Below are positions 10,068-22,500 of a stretch of 60,268 nt of DNA, one piece after another. Below the pieces are notes generated by a model, which saw nothing but the letters and a program-made list of their open reading frames with translations, searched no databases and was not told where the DNA came from. This stretch comes from Craspedostauros australis (lineage: Eukaryota), in contig JALAGF010001672.1 in the NCBI GenBank assembly GCA_030167865.1, positions 1 to 60,268 on the forward strand, written 5' to 3'. The translations under genes were made by a program, and so were the position numbers. Positions within the stretch are counted from its first letter, which is position 1; the number at the start of each line of letters is the position of its first letter.

Positions 10068-12584
10068 CTAGCCCTTCTTGGTTGGAGCCAGCGACGTCCA
10101 TGTCTGGCGAGATACCTGCCCATCCATTCCGACGATGCTGCAGTAGGTCTTGTCTCGTTGACCGTATGCTCCTCCTCGAGGTCGTCGGTGTTGCTGTCGT
10201 TGTTCCTGCTTCTGCTGCTCTTCCTGTTTGTTCTTCAAGCTGATTTTGTTGACACTTGTCTTCTTGACGCTACAGCTGGTTGTGCCAATGCTCTCGCTCT
10301 TGGGTAGCACCTGGGCTCGACGACTGCTCGCCGGATACAACGTGCCATGACCATGCATCTGTCCTCTGTGGAATTCTCCCAAGTACAGATCGCCCGATTC
10401 GAAACGGGCAACCCCCGCGCCCTCTGGCATCCATTGATCGGACTGATGGAGGGCGGGTCCGCAGTACTTGGCAGGACGGTTGTTGATCATGATGGAAACG
10501 TGTCGCACGCGCTCCACAGTAAGCACGGGCGCACGTTCATCACTTTGCTCTATTGTCTGGTCCTTGTTGGCGTTATCACGCGGGCTCTCATCAGACTGCG
10601 ATGTGCAGGCTGATGGCGGCAACGACGATTGTGATACCGACATGGCTGCCGTGACCGCTGTGTTGTCAGCGCGGTCTTCTTCGAAGGAATCCTCGGCGAC
10701 AGAATCGGCATAGGGCTGTGCTGGTTCCTTGAGGTGATGAGGCGTGGTCACGTCATCGTCGTTGGCTTTATCAGTCGTGCTTCTCGCAGTGTTGATGGAG
10801 TCGGAGCTGTCTGAATCGACGTTGGCGGCTCGTTCGCTCTCGTCGACTATCGGTGAGGTTGGAACGGAGGAAGCCGACGTGGTTGCTGAAGTATGTTGAG
10901 AGGAGATGTCGCTTGGCTGGGATTGAATGACGTCGTTGGTGATCTCACCACGCCCTGCCTCGCAGGTTCCACTCTCGCAACAAGACGCGAGGATGTCTTC
11001 CTGCGGCAAAGGCCGGGATTGATCATCGTTCTCCAACTCGCAGTCATCCGTCTGCGTCGCTGTAAATGTAGACGTTGTCACCGGCTCGTGCTTCCTTCGG
11101 TGCTTCTTCGCTTGCTGCTTGAGCTGTCGGATGGTCTTCTCGAGTTCTTGGATGCGATCCTGCTGCCTTGCCACGAGTAGCGAGAGCTGCACCATGGCCT
11201 GGTCCTTGCCTTCACAATCCATGCAATCGCTCATGCTTTGCGATGTTGCCGACACCAACGACATCGATGATGTTGATACGGATGCTGACGGAGACGCAGA
11301 ACAGCAGGAAGGCTGAGTCGGACCTGACGCAGTGTCTTGGAGCATGGCGTCCATCTCCACGATGCACTCGTACTTGTGAATGCTCTGATGCTTGCCGCCT
11401 TCCTTGTCATGACGGATGGACGGCTGCGGGCTTCCATCGAAGTTGCTTGTCTCGGTCCTGTCAGCATTGAAGCCATGACACTGTTCCCTTGCGATGTCCT
11501 GATGAATCTCATCGGCCCAGACAGAAAGGGAGCTTTGGTCCACGAGGTGATGGTCGCTGGTTTCGTTGGGATGGGTTATGGTTGGCATCATGAGATTGGC
11601 GCTTGGTGCGTCATCGACCTGGTTCATTGCTTTGGACACATCGCTGCTCTCACTGTTGCTGTCCAGGTCAGAACTGGTGCCGGGATGTGCAGTGTGGTTA
11701 CTCTTGGCCACCATACAACCGGGCGATGGTGACGGCGATGCGGTGCTGACGGAGGCAGTACCTTCCAGCTGTTCCAACGGACGAGGATGGACAATTTGCT
11801 TGGGATGTGGCCGTGATGATGGGCTTCTCAGGACGTCCGAAAGAATGTCTTCTGGAGTGGGAATGGGATCCACAAGATCGTGGATGCAGATGCTGGGAGA
11901 ATCGCATTCCTGCTCAGCTTCGTTTGCTGTTTCGTCTACGTCAACGTCAACGTCATTCAGCTGCTCATGACCGTGGCTTTGCTGCTCCTCGACCTGATCC
12001 TCGCTGTTGCTGTCAACGGTGCGAATCTTGTGAAAGATGCATGAGAGAGCAACGGAGCTGAAATCGTCGTCGTCGTCATACATATTGGACTCAGCATGAT
12101 GATGGTGCTCGATGATCGCCGGGATGCCAGCGAGGTTCTGCGACGGGATGGATGCGGATGCAGACGCAGATGCCAAAGATGGAATTGAGAGCGATCTCAG
12201 GATGTGATGGATACATCGAGGAGATTCCGAACCATGCAACGGTGTTTGCTCTTGTGCGCCTTGGCTCTCATCGTCAATATCTTCGCAATGGTAGGAGTCA
12301 ACTTCCTCCAAAGGAGTATCGCATGGGGTGCCTTGCGCAATTGTTGCTAGTGCACCATCTGTTGGTGGAGCTGATGTGTTGTTGTCTGACTCTGGTGCAG
12401 ACGATGATGAGCTGGTTCGCGATTGCGTCGTGAGCGTTGATGTAGACGACGCGATGGACACAGGCGATGTGTCGCCGGTTGCCATCGCAGGCAATGTTGG
12501 ATACATGGATGCAAACCCAAATGCAGAGCCCTTGGTTGTCATCATCGCCATCGACACAAGCGATGATTGCGGATTGCGCAACAT
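10068..12584 (-). CDS. Coiled-coil plus MORN-repeat protein (array member 4)
   Basis: 838-aa S/D/T-rich ORF. Contains CMDCEGKDQAMVQLSLLVARQQDRIQELEKTIRQLKQQ and RVRHV...KYCGP...MPEGAGVARFESGDLYLGEFHRGQMHGHGTLYP. Confidence 0.85.
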   Translation of the reverse strand: MLRNPQSSLVSMAMMTTKGSAFGFASMYPTLPAMATGDTSPVSIASSTSTLTTQSRTSSSSSAPESDNNTSAPPTDGALATIAQGTPCDTPLEEVDSYHCEDIDDESQGAQEQTPLHGSESPRCIHHILRSLSIPSLASASASASIPSQNLAGIPAIIEHHHHAESNMYDDDDDFSSVALSCIFHKIRTVDSNSEDQVEEQQSHGHEQLNDVDVDVDETANEAEQECDSPSICIHDLVDPIPTPEDILSDVLRSPSSRPHPKQIVHPRPLEQLEGTASVSTASPSPSPGCMVAKSNHTAHPGTSSDLDSNSESSDVSKAMNQVDDAPSANLMMPTITHPNETSDHHLVDQSSLSVWADEIHQDIAREQCHGFNADRTETSNFDGSPQPSIRHDKEGGKHQSIHKYECIVEMDAMLQDTASGPTQPSCCSASPSASVSTSSMSLVSATSQSMSDCMDCEGKDQAMVQLSLLVARQQDRIQELEKTIRQLKQQAKKHRRKHEPVTTSTFTATQTDDCELENDDQSRPLPQEDILASCCESGTCEAGRGEITNDVIQSQPSDISSQHTSATTSASSVPTSPIVDESERAANVDSDSSDSINTARSTTDKANDDDVTTPHHLKEPAQPYADSVAEDSFEEDRADNTAVTAAMSVSQSSLPPSACTSQSDESPRDNANKDQTIEQSDERAPVLTVERVRHVSIMINNRPAKYCGPALHQSDQWMPEGAGVARFESGDLYLGEFHRGQMHGHGTLYPASSRRAQVLPKSESIGTTSCSVKKTSVNKISLKNKQEEQQKQEQRQQHRRPRGGAYGQRDKTYCSIVGMDGQVSRQTWTSLAPTKKG

Positions 12585-14509
12585 GCTTGCAGTCCGATTG
12601 GTATTCTATGTTGATGGTCGAGCGACTAGTATGTAGAGTATGAATGGATGTTGCGAAGAAGTGATGTGATGTGAACGAGTGAGAGACATGTGTTGGTGTG
12701 AGTGATATGAATGACAAGGCTGCGTAGGAGAGAATCCAAGAAGCACACAGAGATCAAGCAGCAGCTCCATGGGACGCCCACCGCAGGATCCAATGCCGCC
12801 AACTCAACAAAGGTCATCACACTCGTAGTCCTCACTCACCTTTTTGATTGATTGATTGATTGGTTGTTGGTATGGTAAGGGTTGGCACAGCACAAGGTCT
12901 TCCGTGGGATTGCTCAAACCGAGCTGGTTCAAGCCGTTAGTCGACGGGTGCGTCAAGTGCTGTGATGCGTCGCTGCTTGTGTGCCGTCCGCCCCTTGGTC
13001 TGCGCTTTATGAGTACACTCTATCTGGAACTCGATTGCTGTCGGCGTGGTCCTACGTCTGATGTCCCGTTGCGATATGTTTCTCGGATACCGATGGTTGC
13101 CAACTGCGTGCGTATCTGTACATGCGTCGATGTGTGTTTCCAAAACCACCTCGACGATGAACATCACAACACCACAAGAGAGACCAGCAGCGACGATGAT
13201 GGCCCGCCGACGGATTTGTGCAACGGGAAGCTGTGATGCACTCCCTCGCAAGAGAGAAGATGCAAGAGCCGCAAGATGGCGGCAGTATCTCGACAGCCGA
13301 TGGCCGAAAATAGAAGCCGATCCCGACTGGCGATCTGCTTCCTTGTGTTGCCCGATGATCGCCTGTGCTCGGGAAGAGTGGAAGAGCTGATGAATGAGAT
13401 CCCTCGCGCCATGCAGCGCAGCCATCAACCAGGCAGCGGATCGTCCCTGTGTCGCTTTGGATGCGCTGGACTGGTACCCGTGCCGCACTCGCACGGCGCG
13501 CATCGTTGATTCCTCTCTTTCCCACCAACGCTGATGGCGCTGTTCCCGAACTGAATTCCCATGACTTTCTCCATCCACGCATTTCTGCTCTCTTGGTTCG
13601 TTGCCACGCGTTGCGACGACATCTAATCTGCATTCCTCTATCTGGGCTGAAATCGCTTCGCTGTCGGTGACCTTTGCGCAACATGGCGCACAAGTCGGCA
13701 GCCCCATCCCGCTTCTCGTTGAAACGAAGCAGAACCCCCACAGTACCCATGCTCCTACGATCCCTCCCACGTGCGAACCACGCACTAGCAGCCGCGCGCA
13801 GATCAGAACGCCGAAAACAAGACGAGAAGGGTGGTGGGCGAAACGTCCCAACAACTCCGCTGACACAACGTCCTCTGTCTTTTCGGGTGTCATGATGAAC
13901 TGCCGTTGCGGCGGATCGCGAAGGCCATCATCAGGAACAGAACAAATTCGCATTTTGACATGTCTGGCTGGAGTTGTGTGAACGAACGAAAACTTGGAAT
14001 TTTGAGACATGCTGCGACGACTCACTCGAACAAATCGAAGAAAAAGAATGTTCGAGTTGGTCAAAGTGCGTCTGTCAATAAGCTACGGAGATAAAACAAG
14101 AGTCTTGACCCACCCGTTCGATTTGCGTGGTTGATCCAACGGCGAAGAAGCATGTCACAAGTGACAACACTCAGCATGATCATCTCTGGCTCGTATTACA
14201 TGTCTAAAAGTCTGCCTTGTGCAGCTCATTCCTATTCTGATAATATTCAATTACATTTACGTCCTGTTGCTGTATCGGTGAGTCGCCGCAGTTTGCACAT
14301 CAGTCAGTTTGCGTCCGCGAGTTGTATTGCAGTTGCAATCTGTCTGCTTGTTTGTTCTTCAATCTCACCCTTGGTGCTTGCGCATTTTAGCTCTTCATTT
14401 CATTCTTTGTTTGCTGTTGTGTGAGGGTGCTGCATGTTCCATTCGCCAAGGACCTGTACTCGTAGAGAGTCTTGCAGACGTTGTGCGGTGCTTTCGTTAA
14501 CAATCGAAG

Positions 14510-15877
14510 CTACGCGAAGGTGGCATCCTTCATTGGAACGTGCTGCTGGCTCTCCGATACCTCAGCGTCGACCTTGCTGGGGTCTGTTTCCGGCGCCGTC
14601 TCATCGTCACCGAGACCCGATCTTGCCGTGGTGTCATCGCCGACTTCTGTGTCGTCGTCGTCGATGAGCTCCAGATTCTCGGCCTCTGCGGAGATGAAGA
14701 GTTGGTTGAGATAAAAGATGATGAAAAGAAGTTGAAGTCGAAGAAGTGATTAGAATAGAATAGAGTGGAGGAGGTGAGTGCGTCGATTGGTTTCATATTG
14801 TTCCATGCGCGGCAGACTGCAGGCACAATCACAAGCAGATGGAACATCATTCTCCCAACTAATCCAAAACACGGGCGACTTACGTTCGTTCCACCACACA
14901 TTGTAGTACACGCCTCCGGCGACACTGCCTGCGACGAGGATGAGGAGAAGGAACACCTCACCCCAGTTGGTCTTTGTCGGTTTTCGCTTCATCTCCCACC
15001 CGTTGATGTTGTTGCATCCGGTCTGGTCGGCTCCGAATCGGTTGACCTCCGTGATGGCATCCCAGTAGTAGTGGCTGGTGAAGTCTGGGGCCTCGCATCG
15101 GTAGTTGGCATACGTGTACATGTCGTCGCAGAGCTCCCTCAGCTCGTATTCCTGTCCGTCCGCCTGATCGTCGTTGTCGTTCCATTCGGCACAGGGGATG
15201 CAGCTCGTGGAGACGAAGCCGCCATCGTCGTCGTACGGCAGCGACCAGCCGCCCGAGATGTCCTCAAAGGCGCTCTCTGATTTCTGGGAGCAGTATTGAT
15301 CGTCGTAAACGCCGATGGTGATGTCGATTTCGTTGCTGCTGCACATCGGTCCGAGGTAGAAGTAGGAGCCGTCGTCGTTGTCCTCTGGTTCGTACTTGGC
15401 GCACTCGGCATAATCCTCGAGAGCGAAGTTGTTGTCCTGGTCGTCGCCCTGGTTCATGTTGTCCTCCTGATCCTGCAGGAAGGATTGGACGAACGTGTTC
15501 AAACCGACGGCGTAGTCGGCCGAGTTGGTGCCGTCACACCCGCCGGTGCTGTCGCTGTCGCAGGAGTCCTTGGGACACAGCCGGAAGATGACCAGCGAGT
15601 AATCCGTCTCGCCCGTGTTCTGGTTGACGACCTCCTGATCCGAAAGACATTTGATGAGCTTGAGGGAGTACAGCTGGACGAACGATTCGTTGTCTCCGCC
15701 GGCATTGTTCTGGTCCAGCCGTCTGGCTTGCTGTACGAGGTTCTGTGTGGCGGATCGCGACATGTTCATCCTTCGCGTGTTGCTTCTGCCGATCTCATGG
15801 GTGGATGCCGCTGCCGTTCTGCTGATGGTCGCCGTGGCCAGGAGGCTGGAGAGGAGGATGGTTGGGAACTTCATCAT
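14510..15877 (-). CDS. Silicanin (Sin1/SiMat7)-like type-I membrane protein of the silica deposition vesicle; 2 exons, 389 aa
   Basis: Exon 1 is 15877-14884, the intron is 14883-14686 (GTAAGT...CTAAT...CGCAG) and exon 2 is 14685-14510 (TAG); the join is in frame. Features: signal peptide MMKFPTILLSSLLATA; RRL (RXL) motif at 15724-15716; N/Q/D-rich lumenal domain with 12 Cys and family-like motifs (YSLKLIKC, VIFRLCP, DYAVGLNTFV, FYLGPMC, IGVYDDQYC, CIPC, ELCDDMY); one TM helix VFLLLILVAGSVAGGVYY; acidic cytosolic tail. Confidence 0.8.
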
Positions 15878-18302
15878 CGTGGCTGTGCTTGTATTGATCC
15901 GCTGTGTTGTTGATTGATGTTGTCGTTTGATGCTGATGTTGGAGTGAGAGAGGGCTTCCGTTGTGGTGTTTCTGCGTGTGGGACGGAAGGTCGGATGGGA
16001 TGATGCGGCCGATACTGTTTGTGACACAGCGAATGTTCTTCCTTTTATTTGTTGTCCGACAGAGAGAGGGAGTGAGAGAGAGCTGTGCCAGTATGGTGGG
16101 AGCAGAATCTCTGGAACAATACCTGCAGCGTTGGTGGACAGTGATGGACAGTGATGGACCGTGTTGGGGCAGCGTGCTGAGCGAAGACACCAAGGATGTG
16201 TTCGAAGAGGAAGGTTGAAGGGAGAATCGCCGCCGGCGACAACCACATGGAAGACAGCTACCGTTGATTTACGAGGCTGCCGAATGGACATGCGCAGCGA
16301 TAGTCTTTGTGTCACATTGTCGAATTATTTTGTTTGAGGGTGCACACAGACAGATCGTCATAGCGCGTCCACGGTGCGACTTGAATCGGTAGCAAGCTAT
16401 CCGTTAATTTGAATGTGCGCGTTATTCATCGCCAACACCATCATATTGCTTGATGTTGCACATGGCTAAATTATTCACTGTGATGAAACAGCGAGGCACA
16501 AAGACTCATTTTGTGAGTGTTCAAATCGCCTGCTCTGTATCGTACAAAAACAGTTCTTCCGCATCCGCTTCTGCATCCACTTCTGCATCCTCGCGCCACA
16601 GACATTCGCACCTTTGCCACAACCTCGACAACGAAAACGACGACGACAATGATGTTCAGTGAACGGACAACCTCTTGCAGGCTTGAGAGTTGTGGGGTCT
16701 ATTCATACTTTGCCCTTCGAATGATCCACTCTGCACGAATGTAGCCCGCTTGCATTGGTGTTGAGTGCTCCGTGCAAATGAGCAGCAGCAGATACCAGAC
16801 ACTCGGAACGCTTCGTGCTTGCGTTGGTGATGGCTCCATCCGAAAGATTGGTTTGATGCCACACATCTGGTGGCGTTTTATTCCCCATTCGTACAGACTC
16901 GGCATTCCCCGATTGCATGAGCAGACACAATCGTCCAGTGGGAACATGTTCGCTGCCCTGCAAGCCACCTACGGCGTGAACACGGTGTCCTGTTGGACAT
17001 CACATTGCCTTCGAACCGACACATCGAATCAGGTTGGTGACAAGTGCACTCATGTGCTGTCGGCCACGTGATGCACGAGCCTTTCGGGGAGTGGTTCATT
17101 CGGCAGTGCGACAGAAGAATTGGTGCCAGTCTGCATCAAGCGTGGTTGAACTCCGCATTCGCAGGTTGCATCATCATTGTGAGCTTCCTGGAATGCACTT
17201 GCAAGTCGACCTTCGACGGTTTGTTCCGACGGCCTTGCTCCTTCATCTCCGAACAGCCGCCGTTGTGTGTGCAATGAAGTAGAATAGAACTCAAAGCCGT
17301 TTGGGAGCATCGTCGGACCAAGCCATCGTGGTGGTCGGGAAACGCGGAGACTCCATCATTGCCGTGCTGCCGACAAGAGCCGGTCTGGCGGGGATGCCGC
17401 CATTTCTCTTGCGACCAAAAAATGGAGTGCCAGGCACGTGGGACTGGGGTTGCGGTCTGCACGACTGAGGCGCAACACGAAGAGACAACAAATACAGCAT
17501 TTGGCTCTTGTGCTACTCTGAACACCGCAAGTTGACGAACAGTCATGGTGCCGTTTCTCCATTTAGTCTGTGTGCTTCTTTTACCGTGACTGAAATACTG
17601 CGGCAACGTACGCAACAGCGTGCACAACAACACCACGAATCACATCGTTCGCCAACAAACCAAAATGTGAGACCCTTTCGATTGCGGCAACGGTGACACC
17701 AAGAGAAAGAGAGAGAGAGATGATGATGATGATGATAATGACGCAAGCAGGTACTGGTCGCAGCCCAGAGGCAATCAGAGGTCATGGATTGATTGTAACA
17801 TGCTGTGTTTGGATAGCGTCGGAATGCGCAAGTGAGGAATTCAGCAGCATAGATGAAATGTTTGGGCCGGCCAAGAGCCGACAGCCGACAGCCAACGAGA
17901 CACATTTGACGACAGCTCTGGTCGGTACTGGTGTGGCAAGTCGGAAGTGTTCAGAGACGTGCCTGGTACCATGTTCTTCCGCATCATTCGCACTAGTGGG
18001 TCGTTCACACTTCACCATTAAAACTCCATGATACATATATATTGCACCCACAGTCATATGACTGTCTACCGCGTGGGGATAACTTGATGTACTCAAGGAA
18101 TGCTGCGGCGATGGCGGCAAACTGTTCCTTCATGACCTTGTTCATCACCAGACTGTCAGAATGAATTTGGAATGCTCACAAAATCAATCAACTTGCATCT
18201 CAAATCAACACTCGCATACAAACCGACACGCAAACGCACAAACAGCAGGAAGAAGAATACCCATATATTTTACACTTTATCTCACCGCGTTACTCATCAA
18301 TC

Positions 18303-19589
18303 ATGCCATACTCCAAGAGAAAGTCCGCCACATCCATTCGCAACATTCTGTCCATGACGTTCTTACTCGGGATGCTGAAGAAATCCCGTGGAGCGAGATA
18401 CGCACCCATTCGAGACCCCGAGAACATCTACACCCTCCCAGCCGAAGACACGGATCACGAAGGAACATGGTTGCAGTGGCCGCATGACTACGGCTGGGAT
18501 CGCAACCACGTCGCGCGCTACGAGAGCAGCTGGGTGGAGCTCACGAAGGCATTGCACACCGGCGAGAAAGTCCACATCATCGTGTACAACAACCACGAGA
18601 AGAGCCGCGTGAGCAACCTGCTCAAGAACAAAGGAGTGACGATGTCCAACATCGACTTTTACATTTCACCCACCGACGACGTTTGGGTCCGTGACAATGG
18701 TCCCATCTTCGCATTTGATTTGGATGGCAACATGGTCATCGAGGATTGGTCCTTCAATGGATGGGTAAGTCGTTTACATACTCCACAGTCCTGCTCAATT
18801 CTTGATCGCATTTGCTGCTCTTGCGATTTGATCTATGTCTAACCTCTTCTTCCCATCGCCTGTTCCCGATTGCCTCTCGCCATTTCGCAATGCTCCTTCC
18901 GCCACCATTGTTCTCACACCGACGTTCATCAACAGGGCAACAAGGCCGATTGGTACAACGACGACTACATCCCAGGGTTCATCGCGTGGGAGATGTACCA
19001 GGACTCAAAGTACATCCGCATGGTGAACGAAGGCGGTTCCATCGAGGTGGACGGCCGTGGCACGCTGATGGCCAAGCGCTCCTCCATCCTCAACCGCAAT
19101 CGCAACCGTCGTTGGACGCAGAACAACGTCGAGGAGTACTTCCGCCGGTACCTCGGCGTGACCAACTTCATCTGGCTGGATGGTGTCAAGAACGGGGATA
19201 TCACCGACGATCACATCGACGGGTCGGCCCGATTCGCCAACGGAGACACCATCGTGACCATGGAAGAGGAAGATCTGGTGACGCCGTCCGAATACGGCGT
19301 GCTGTCCAATGCCCGCGATGTGAATGGGCGCAAGTACAACATCGTGACGTTGCCCGTGACGCGGAATAAGGTGCAAGGCATCGATGACTATGGCATTTAC
19401 ATCAACTACTACGTTGGAAACGACGTGGTGATCGTGCCATCGTACAATGATCCCAACGACGCCGTCGCAGCGCGTGTGCTGAAGAAATTGTATCCAAGCC
19501 GCACCATGGTGCTGATCGACTTCCGTGAGCTGTACGCCGACGGTGGGCTTGTCCATTGCGTCACCATGCAACAGCCAAAAGCTCTCTAA
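18303..19589 (+). CDS. aguA: Agmatine deiminase (agmatine iminohydrolase, PAD_porph family); 2 exons, 371 aa
   Basis: Exon 1 is 18303-18764, the intron is 18765-18935 (GTAAGT...AACAG) and exon 2 is 18936-19589. Splicing restores FNGW|GNK. Motifs: LPAE..HEGTWLQWPH, DVWVRDNGP, NEGGSIEVDGRGT, NRN, DDHIDG, YINYY, and GGLVHCVTMQQP with the catalytic Cys. An alternative start is ATG 18354. Confidence 0.93.
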
Positions 19590-22500
19590 GGGCGCTTTTT
19601 AGGTCGCTGATGGGTGCATGATGATGCGCGACATGCGATGAAGGTCCATCAAATGGGCCGCTCGATCACCACCGTACCCATGAATGAATTCTACAGAGTC
19701 GTCAGGTCGTCGAGAGTACTCCAGCTGGTATCGAATGATACTCCTCCACTTTCTGTCTCCAGCAGTTCTCATGGAGAACCCTGGGCTTGGTCTGATGCGA
19801 TGGGCTCCGTCTCACTAGAATCATATAATACGTAGTTTCGCTAAGAGTAGCTTTACGTGATATGCGACTTGGAGTTGTCCTGTGATTCGCAGATAGAATC
19901 GGAATGCTCGCTGCTTGTTGATGGTTGCAGCGATCTCCGTTCCCACAGATGCGCTGTGCGCATTGGGAGAATTCAGAAATTCACAGAATCGTTGGCGCAG
20001 CTGGGCCGCGTGTTCGCCAACGCATCGCATCACGAGAATCTACCTCTTGCATTGCAGTGCCTTGAATCGGAGTTGGTCTCGCCAACGAAATCGCCAACGT
20101 GATTGTCATGCGTCGCAATGATCAAATGGATTGGCGGGTGGATGGCATTTTACATCGTCGTTTCCAGAGATGCAATTTGCGAGGATTTCGCTTGATTGGA
20201 TCGCTACGATGTACATTCCGACAATCTCCAGAGTGGAGTGATGCTGGCTGCCATCATAGTAGTACGGCACACGATGCAGTCATTCGTTCGTTCGTTCGTT
20301 CGAGAGAGCCTGCTACGACACCGGATAAGACCCGATGTTCAGGTGCTTTTTGCGGAACTGAGCAATCTTTGGTCTATTATAAATCGCATCCAAATGATTC
20401 CACTTGCTACCTCGCGCAACCATTGTGGACTCCCGTGCCATTGCTGCTGCTGTTGGAGACGAGATGCAGAGGTTGAGGAATGCAGGAAATGAAAGTCCAA
20501 CCAAGATTCTGTTAGAAATCATTGTCGCAGCAATCATAATATATGTGATGCAGCGCGTTCCCACAGAATTCCAGTGACCGTATTCACTGCTGCATCATCC
20601 ATGACAATTGCATGAACGCACAGGTCAACGAATGAACCAGCGCCTCGCGACCACCACCCCAAGCAGACCGCAGTCGTCCAAAGTCAGATATGATATGAAA
20701 TGTCGTTTCCTCCGCACGATTTTGGATATTCTCGGAATCTACTATCTATTGTGAACAAGGTTCATCTTCATCCTTTGTCCATGCGGTCGCTTTGCTTGTG
20801 GTTGCCGGTGGATGATTGCTTTGCGCTGGTCCCTATTCGTCTCTTCCGGCCATTTCTTTCTCATGTTGTACTCGCACGAGCGATGGAAGCAGGCAAGGAA
20901 GGTGCGTGGGATACCAGCGAAGCTATTGTCAAGTGGAGCGCCACGGGGTTACATCGCATGGGGGCGGGTATAGAGGAGCCACTTTCTCGCGAGGCAAGAC
21001 AGCATGCCGCATGATGGCTTCGCCTATCAGACCTCCAAGCCTGCATGCACGCCATACCATACACACCATGAACTCGAACACGTGCATCCATTCTCGGTGG
21101 TTCCATCTGAAGGTTGCGTACCTTCTCTCATCTTGCTTCAGCTCTTGGCTCTCTGCAAGTGTCGATGCCATACTTTCCGCATCTCGCCTCGCCTCTCCTT
21201 GCCTCCATCATTCTCCTCATTGTTTGTTGGACGTGACGCAGGTTCTCCCCCAAGAGCGGCTTTCTTGCTCATGTCTGCCACATGGCGTTGATGCTTCTGG
21301 CGCTGTCTCTCATGGCTTCATGTGTGGTGGGCCGGTATTCTTGGTGACCTTCTCTTTCCTTGTCCCTTCCATTGATGTTCTTGGCCCAATGGTTTGCGCA
21401 GAGAAGAGTGACGATCTTGGTGGTCGTTGTTCGGAGCGACGAGGAGGGTGTCAAGTCCATGTTCTCTTCTTCGCCACCGCATGGATCTTTGGTGCGTTGT
21501 TGTTATCGATGTCATCGTTGTTGCCGAATGAGTGGCTTCTTTCTCACCGGTTGCCGGTCAGACGGTACTCGTGGATGACCAAGCACTTCGAGAACCGAAC
21601 GCAAAGTTCCGACAGAACGCTTGACATGCGAACAGAATCCTGCGCACAAGCGGTATTAAATTCTACTTACGTACTACGCTACTGCTGTTGGATGTCACAC
21701 CGATGCGAATCTGTTCTCATCACTCACGTATTCAAGTTTCCGCTGAGTGAGTCCGTCGTGAGCGCTTCCACGAAAACCGAACGCTGTTGTCACGACATCT
21801 ACCCTCCGGTATATCTAGCGTTGCGCAAACAAAATACTGATCACAGCGCACTCCTGGCATCTCCATGAACCTCCTTGGCCACCATCGTTGTTTGGTCCAT
21901 TTATGATTGCCTTGGTCTCACACATTCCATGCTTCTGGGCATGAAGAGCTGCGATGCCTCGTTCGTTGCACGTTCATCGAAGGTGTGTTCGTGGAGGTTG
22001 TGAAAAAACAGGGACAACCTTGTTGGCGCGTATCCAAAGTTCGCGAATCCTGTGATATTTTCATTGGATACGACCACGCGACGAGCGACAAAGATGTGAG
22101 GTGCGCAGCCCGCAATCGTCAGCGAGGGTGGTGCCAAGAGGGCAAGGTGGTCGGCAACGAGCGGGATGCAAGTACAATTGGGCCCATCCAAACATGATCA
22201 ACTGATCAAGCGAGGAATCTGTGGACCACTACATCGTCCGCCTTGTTGCGCTGCGACAATGTCACTGAGAAAGTCAAGGGGACAGCCGATGGGTGGACAC
22301 GAAGAATCCATCCTTGTGTGCGTTGGCTGATTGGTGCGACAATTCCCTCCACCTGTCAGGACCCGCGACAACCAACATTACTCGGGCGAGTACAAGTACT
22401 CGTAGAGCGGAATATCAAAGGGAACGGGTTTGGCACCGACGCTTCACCCCAAGCAGTTTTGGGTGAGCCATCATTCCACAGCTATCGCGCAACCGCAGGA

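Noticed and set aside
12937-14064. 375-aa minus-strand ORF and overlapping ORFs
   Set aside because: No codon bias or motifs and several equally poor frames, so I cannot support it as a gene. A degraded element is not excluded.
20816-21868. 350-aa plus-strand ORF between aguA and the symporter
   Set aside because: Non-ATG start as called, random-looking S/L/C-rich composition, and no recognisable polyamine-pathway motifs (no nitrilase-type N-carbamoylputrescine amidase signature).
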